From: Selaginella moellendorffii
Taxonomy: Eukaryota > Plantae > Lycopodiophyta
Direction: 5' to 3'
DNA: 7,993 bases
Assembly (NCBI RefSeq): GCF_000143415.4
Contig: NW_003314643.1
Span: 1 to 7,993 of the forward strand
Part shown: piece by piece, positions 5,886-7,993 of the stretch
Layout: every line of letters starts with the position of its first letter
Position numbering within the stretch: position 1 is the stretch's first letter
Notes under the pieces: generated by a model
Seen by the model: the letters and a program-made list of their open reading frames with translations, nothing else
Databases searched by the model: none
What the model was told of the DNA's origin: nothing
Made by a program: the position numbers and the translations under genes

Positions 5886-7993
5886 ATGGCGGAGGATCTG
5901 GACGAGAAGGCGCGGCGCGTCCGGGAGCTCCTCAGCAGCTTCTACAAGTCCGACGAGTCCGATTCCGGTGACTTCGATCTGGATGCTCCCGGCGATGGAG
6001 GTGTCAGCGCCAAGCGCCGGGATACTCTGCTCCAGATCAACACCAAGGGTTTCGAGCCGGAGCGCTACATGGCTTCTCTGGTGCATAGCATTGCATTGCC
6101 GCATTTTTTACTTCCGGGGGAGATCGAGAGGTGACATTTCTTTTTGTCTGTCTGCGCAGGTCAGGAAAACGAATTTACCGACCTTGCTCAAGAAGCACGT
6201 CGAAATGGCCGCGGAGATCAAGAACTTGGACAGTGACATGCAAATGCTGGTGTACGAGAACTACAACAAGTTCATCAGTGCGACAGACACTATCAAGGTG
6301 TACGTGAAATTCGTTTTGCTTCGCTTCCAGGACTTTCTAGCAAATGTATGACAGTAGGAGCTTGCAGGATGAAGGATAATGTCGCGGGCATGGAATCCAA
6401 CATGCAGCAGCTTCTGGAAAAGGTGAGAGTGCCTTCGAGATCGTTGAGCTCATGCTCATAGATTTCAGAATTGCTAGGTGACAGCAGTGCGAACGAAAAG
6501 TGATAACATAAACGCCTCGCTGTTTGAGAGAAGAGGACGGATAGAAGAATTAAATGGTACACGAAGTCTCCTGCGGAAAGTCCAGGTAAAGAAACGATGT
6601 CTTATTCTTGTTTCTGTGCCTGATTGGGGAAGTGCTGTATCAGTTTGTTTTTGACCTCCCAAAACGCTTGAGGAAGTGCCTGAAAGAAGGAGATTATGCT
6701 CAGGCGGTGAAGTTTTACGTGGGAGCGAGCCCAGTATTAGAGACTTATGGTAGCTCGTCTTTTAGAACGTGTAAACAGGAGAGCGAGGAGGTGATTGCGA
6801 CGATCTCAAAGCGCCTTCAGGTGCATTTTCTACTGTTTGTTTCTTGAGGTTCTGGTTGTCACACTTTTTTCCAGGCCAAGTTCTTAGCAGATTCTGAACC
6901 ATTGCCTGGGCGAGCTGAAGCAGTGGCCTTGCTTCAACAACTCAAGTTCCCGGTGGGGTTGTATACCGGATGGATTTTTAGTAACGTACTTTACAATTGT
7001 TATCTTTGAACTATTTCATAGGTTGATGTTCTGATGGATGGGTTCTTGACAAGCAACATGAAACACCTTTTAGAACTTCAAACTTTGTCGCACAAAAGCA
7101 AGTCTCCCGATGACGCAAAGGTAATTCAATGCATAAGTGAGGCTAACTGAACAAATTTTCACAGAAATTTATTACCGAATTTACTCAAACAGCAACGGCA
7201 TTTCGATCCATATTTCCAACGGGGGAAAGTCGTCTTAACGAAGCTGCGAAGGATCTTTTGGACAAGTCAGTCTTGCCACTATTTTGTGGCTTCCTAACTT
7301 TCATTACTCTCAGGTACTTTGCAAACGTCAATGTATCGTTGCAGCCGGAAGCTGGAAGCCTTTCTGCCGCGGAGTTGATTTCCTTACTAAGTTTGTGTCC
7401 TTCAGTCTCGACACTCCTTTCATCACTTTGATTGATCGTTTGCAGAAAGTTTATCTGCTGATGTAGCCAAGATGCACGAAGTGATGCCGGAAGCCGGGTT
7501 TATTGACGGTGCCATACAGGTTAGAGTCTGTTATTTCCTTCAAGGACTGGAGTGCTCACTGGTTTACTTACAGGCTGTCGAGTCGGCTGTTAAACAACAC
7601 GTCAACCACAAGTTCAAGGTGCTATACGCCCAAGTAACAGGTCCGATCTTTGTCTAGTCCCTTCAAAGTTGGTTATAAAGCTACTTAACAGGTGCTCTTT
7701 CGGATATTCACTCTCCCAAGCAAGAGCAGGCCAAGGACCAGCAAAAGCCGTTGCTTCTATCCCTTGAAAACGTGCAAAATTTAATTGTTAATGGGGGACT
7801 CGAAGTTCTGAAGGTATTAACTTGGAGTTCGTTTTATTCCAAGGCACATTACCTTCTCGTAACAGGACCTCACTCAACTATTAGATGACAGTGTGGATTT
7901 TCTGGTCAGCTGGAGGGACGCTTATATTGACCTCGTTCAAGGCGGTTTTCAAGAGTTTTTTGGATCTCTTGTGGACCACTTCATCTCGTTGTC
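5886..7993 (+). CDS. VPS51: Vacuolar protein sorting-associated protein 51 (GARP/EARP tethering complex subunit), 5' part, running off the window
   Basis: Exons 5886-6080, 6160-6299, 6368-6422, 6478-6585, 6644-6820, 6875-6952, 7022-7120, 7165-7265, 7314-7390, 7446-7519, 7574-7640, 7692-7813 and 7866-end. All introns are GT-AG and the spliced frame is open. Diagnostic peptides: [83 protein letters not shown]. Confidence 0.96.

Noticed and set aside
5772-6662. ORFs 5772-6104, 6293-6562 and 6474-6662 (minus) and the upstream-extended starts at 5829 and 5860
   Set aside because: Antisense shadows or intron read-through of VPS51 exons. The ATG at 5886 matches the known VPS51 N-terminus.
1-7993. 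Prokaryotic systems (CRISPR array, operon, IS element) or structural RNA genes
   Set aside because: Spliceosomal introns show the DNA is eukaryotic. No regularly spaced repeats, transposase motifs, or tRNA/rRNA signatures were seen.

Overview
Eukaryotic land-plant genomic DNA. Very short introns and degenerate PLS-type PPR relics suggest a compact lycophyte-like genome such as Selaginella (inference). The left two-thirds holds a minus-strand tandem array of three intronless, secreted BBE-like FAD-linked oxidase paralogs: one intact (585 aa), one frameshifted at the window edge, and one truncated at the FAD-binding His. Their motifs resemble fungal ZEB1/isoamyl-alcohol-oxidase-type enzymes more than canonical plant BBEs, making them candidates for horizontal acquisition. 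The spacer between copies 2 and 3 is a mosaic of plus-strand gene debris that the ORF track misses: two PPR relics, an inverted 78-bp piece of the oxidase, and the 5' part of a laccase pseudogene. The right third is the 5' part of VPS51 (13 exons visible, introns 44-79 nt), head-to-head with copy 3, with 162 bp between the start codons.
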